Source of the DNA: a virus
Strand: one strand, 5' to 3'
Length of the DNA stretch: 41,630 bases
IMG/VR virus record: IMGVR_UViG_3300015265_000006
Span: 1-41,630 of that record
In this document: in pieces, positions 40,725 to 41,630 of the stretch
Position numbering within the stretch: the stretch's first letter is position 1
How the letters are laid out: each line of letters starts with the position of its first letter
Notes under the pieces: generated by a model
Databases searched by the model: none
Seen by the model: the letters and a program-made list of their open reading frames with translations, nothing else
What the model was told of the DNA's origin: nothing
Translations under genes and position numbers: made by a program

Positions 40725-41153
40725 ATGATGAACGCACGATTTGATATCTGTCAGGCCGCGCACGACGCGAAGTTGCCTCCAGCGGTCAGTGAGACGCCGG
40801 AAGAGTTGGCGCGGGCTGAGTGGCTGTATGACGCGGCTGAGCAGCTGATTCGCGGCTGCGACGTCATGTTCCAACGCCGCATGAACCCGCAGCAGGGTGT
40901 TCGGTTTCGCGACTTCGCACTGGCGGTTGATGCGCATGTGAATGCCCGCCTCGCTGATTGCCAAGTCCCAACCCCATCGCTCGGCTACCTGCTGATCGAA
41001 ACCAAGCGCGGATGCGCCGACAAGGTGTCTGCTGACGAGTTGCTTGGCTACAGCGACCACTCACTCGGCATGCTCGGCGAAATCGCTGAGAAGCTGCTAC
41101 AGCCGCTCGTAGACGATGCGCTGATTGCTCAGGCAGAGGATCTGGAATTATGA
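40725..41153 (+). CDS. Hypothetical protein
   Basis: 142-aa ORF with GGAGG Shine-Dalgarno sequence. Confidence 0.6.
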   Translation: MMNARFDICQAAHDAKLPPAVSETPEELARAEWLYDAAEQLIRGCDVMFQRRMNPQQGVRFRDFALAVDAHVNARLADCQVPTPSLGYLLIETKRGCADKVSADELLGYSDHSLGMLGEIAEKLLQPLVDDALIAQAEDLEL

Positions 41154-41344
41154 GCGTTCACATTCTGATCGACGAAGACCTCGACGAACTCAGTCACGCC
41201 GGCTGCCCGGACAAGTACGAGATCCTGGTACTGCGCAACATCACGGCCTTCTATACCGCCAAGGCCATCACCGAAGAAGAATTCCACCACTACTGCAAAC
41301 GGCTGAATGTCGCCATCGCGAACCGGCCAAGGAGTGCGGCATGA
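41150..41344 (+). CDS. Hypothetical protein
   Basis: 64-aa ORF, ATGA-coupled on both sides. Confidence 0.55.
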   Translation: MSVHILIDEDLDELSHAGCPDKYEILVLRNITAFYTAKAITEEEFHHYCKRLNVAIANRPRSAA

Positions 41345-41493
41345 ACAGCATGACTCTGGCGTTCACCCACAAATCATGGCTCGGCGCCCTCTCTCTGGCC
41401 TACGACGCCGGCATTGAAAACGTTCACGCATGGTCGCGCCGAGCCTGCCTGTGCGGTGAGTGGACTGTGGCGTACGAGGTGAAGACAACATGA
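41341..41493 (+). CDS. Small hypothetical protein (50 aa)
   Basis: ATGA-coupled on both sides. It is the C-terminal part of track ORF 41125..41493. Confidence 0.4.
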   Translation: MNSMTLAFTHKSWLGALSLAYDAGIENVHAWSRRACLCGEWTVAYEVKTT

Positions 41494-41627
41494 AAATCCA
41501 CGCCACCCGCCACTACACCTTCCAAGAACTGCTCAACCGCATCGACCTCGAATACTGGCGCGTCGTTGAGCATGACGAGATGAACTACACCTTCATCCCA
41601 ATCAAGTATTGGGGAGGCAACCCATGA
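41490..41627 (+). CDS. Small hypothetical protein (45 aa, MKIHATRHYTFQELLNRIDLEYW...). Its 3' part is duplicated at 1..120.
   Basis: ATGA-coupled. It runs through the terminal repeat. Confidence 0.4.
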   Translation: MKIHATRHYTFQELLNRIDLEYWRVVEHDEMNYTFIPIKYWGGNP

Positions 41628-41630
41628 AAC
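41508..41630. repeat. Terminal direct repeat, right copy (identical to 1..123)
   Basis: Read directly. Same 123 bases as the window start. Confidence 0.95.

Noticed and set aside
1-41630. CRISPR array, diversity-generating retroelement, transposase/IS, retron, or recognisable toxin-antitoxin pair
   Set aside because: I found no repeat-spacer structure, no reverse transcriptase or template/variable repeat pair near the fibre genes, and no transposase or known toxin motifs on either strand.

Overview
The window is one complete, circularly closed temperate lambdoid phage or excised prophage genome of about 41.5 kb. Bases 1-123 are identical to 41508-41630, so the ends overlap. The backbone is GC-rich, which suggests a Pseudomonas-like proteobacterial host; that host call is inference only.

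Layout:
- Immunity switch at 37.5-38.7 kb: LexA-like CI (S24 peptidase), Cro, and two sets of 14-bp TTAAGC-N2-GCTTAA operators.
- Rightward early operon on the minus strand: Cro, three small proteins, an O-like initiator with an internal iteron origin, a DnaB-type helicase, TraR/DksA, NinB, NinG, a metallophosphoesterase and Q.
- Q-dependent late region: sigma70-like PR', a leader of about 200 nt, and tandem terminators.
- Late operon on the minus strand: holins, TerS, PBSX-type TerL, portal, scaffold, DUF5309-type capsid, adaptor, tail and ejection proteins, tail fibre. An inserted acyltransferase gene follows, then SleB-type endolysin, embedded Rz/Rz1 spanins and an SGNH esterase.
- Integration module: tyrosine integrase, Xis, and an attP built on the 3' 65 nt of tRNA-Ser(CGA).
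- Leftward early operon on the plus strand, wrapping through the window ends: many ATGA-coupled small genes, RecT plus a YqaJ exonuclease, and a C5 DNA methyltransferase.

Observations most worth a second look:
1. The methyltransferase locus carries two co-extensive same-strand ORFs (274 and 276 aa). Methyltransferase-like motifs are split between the two frames, and the apparent switch point is a G7 tract.
2. The replicative helicase is interrupted by a single in-frame TAA.
3. The first 1.4 kb after PL is mostly non-coding and structured, ends in an internal intrinsic terminator, and no N-like gene is recognisable.
4. A lower-GC acyltransferase moron and an SGNH esterase gene flank the lysis genes and may form an acetylate/deacetylate pair.
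5. The lysis cassette is split, with a dual-start holin.

All family assignments come from motifs read by eye. No database search was run.
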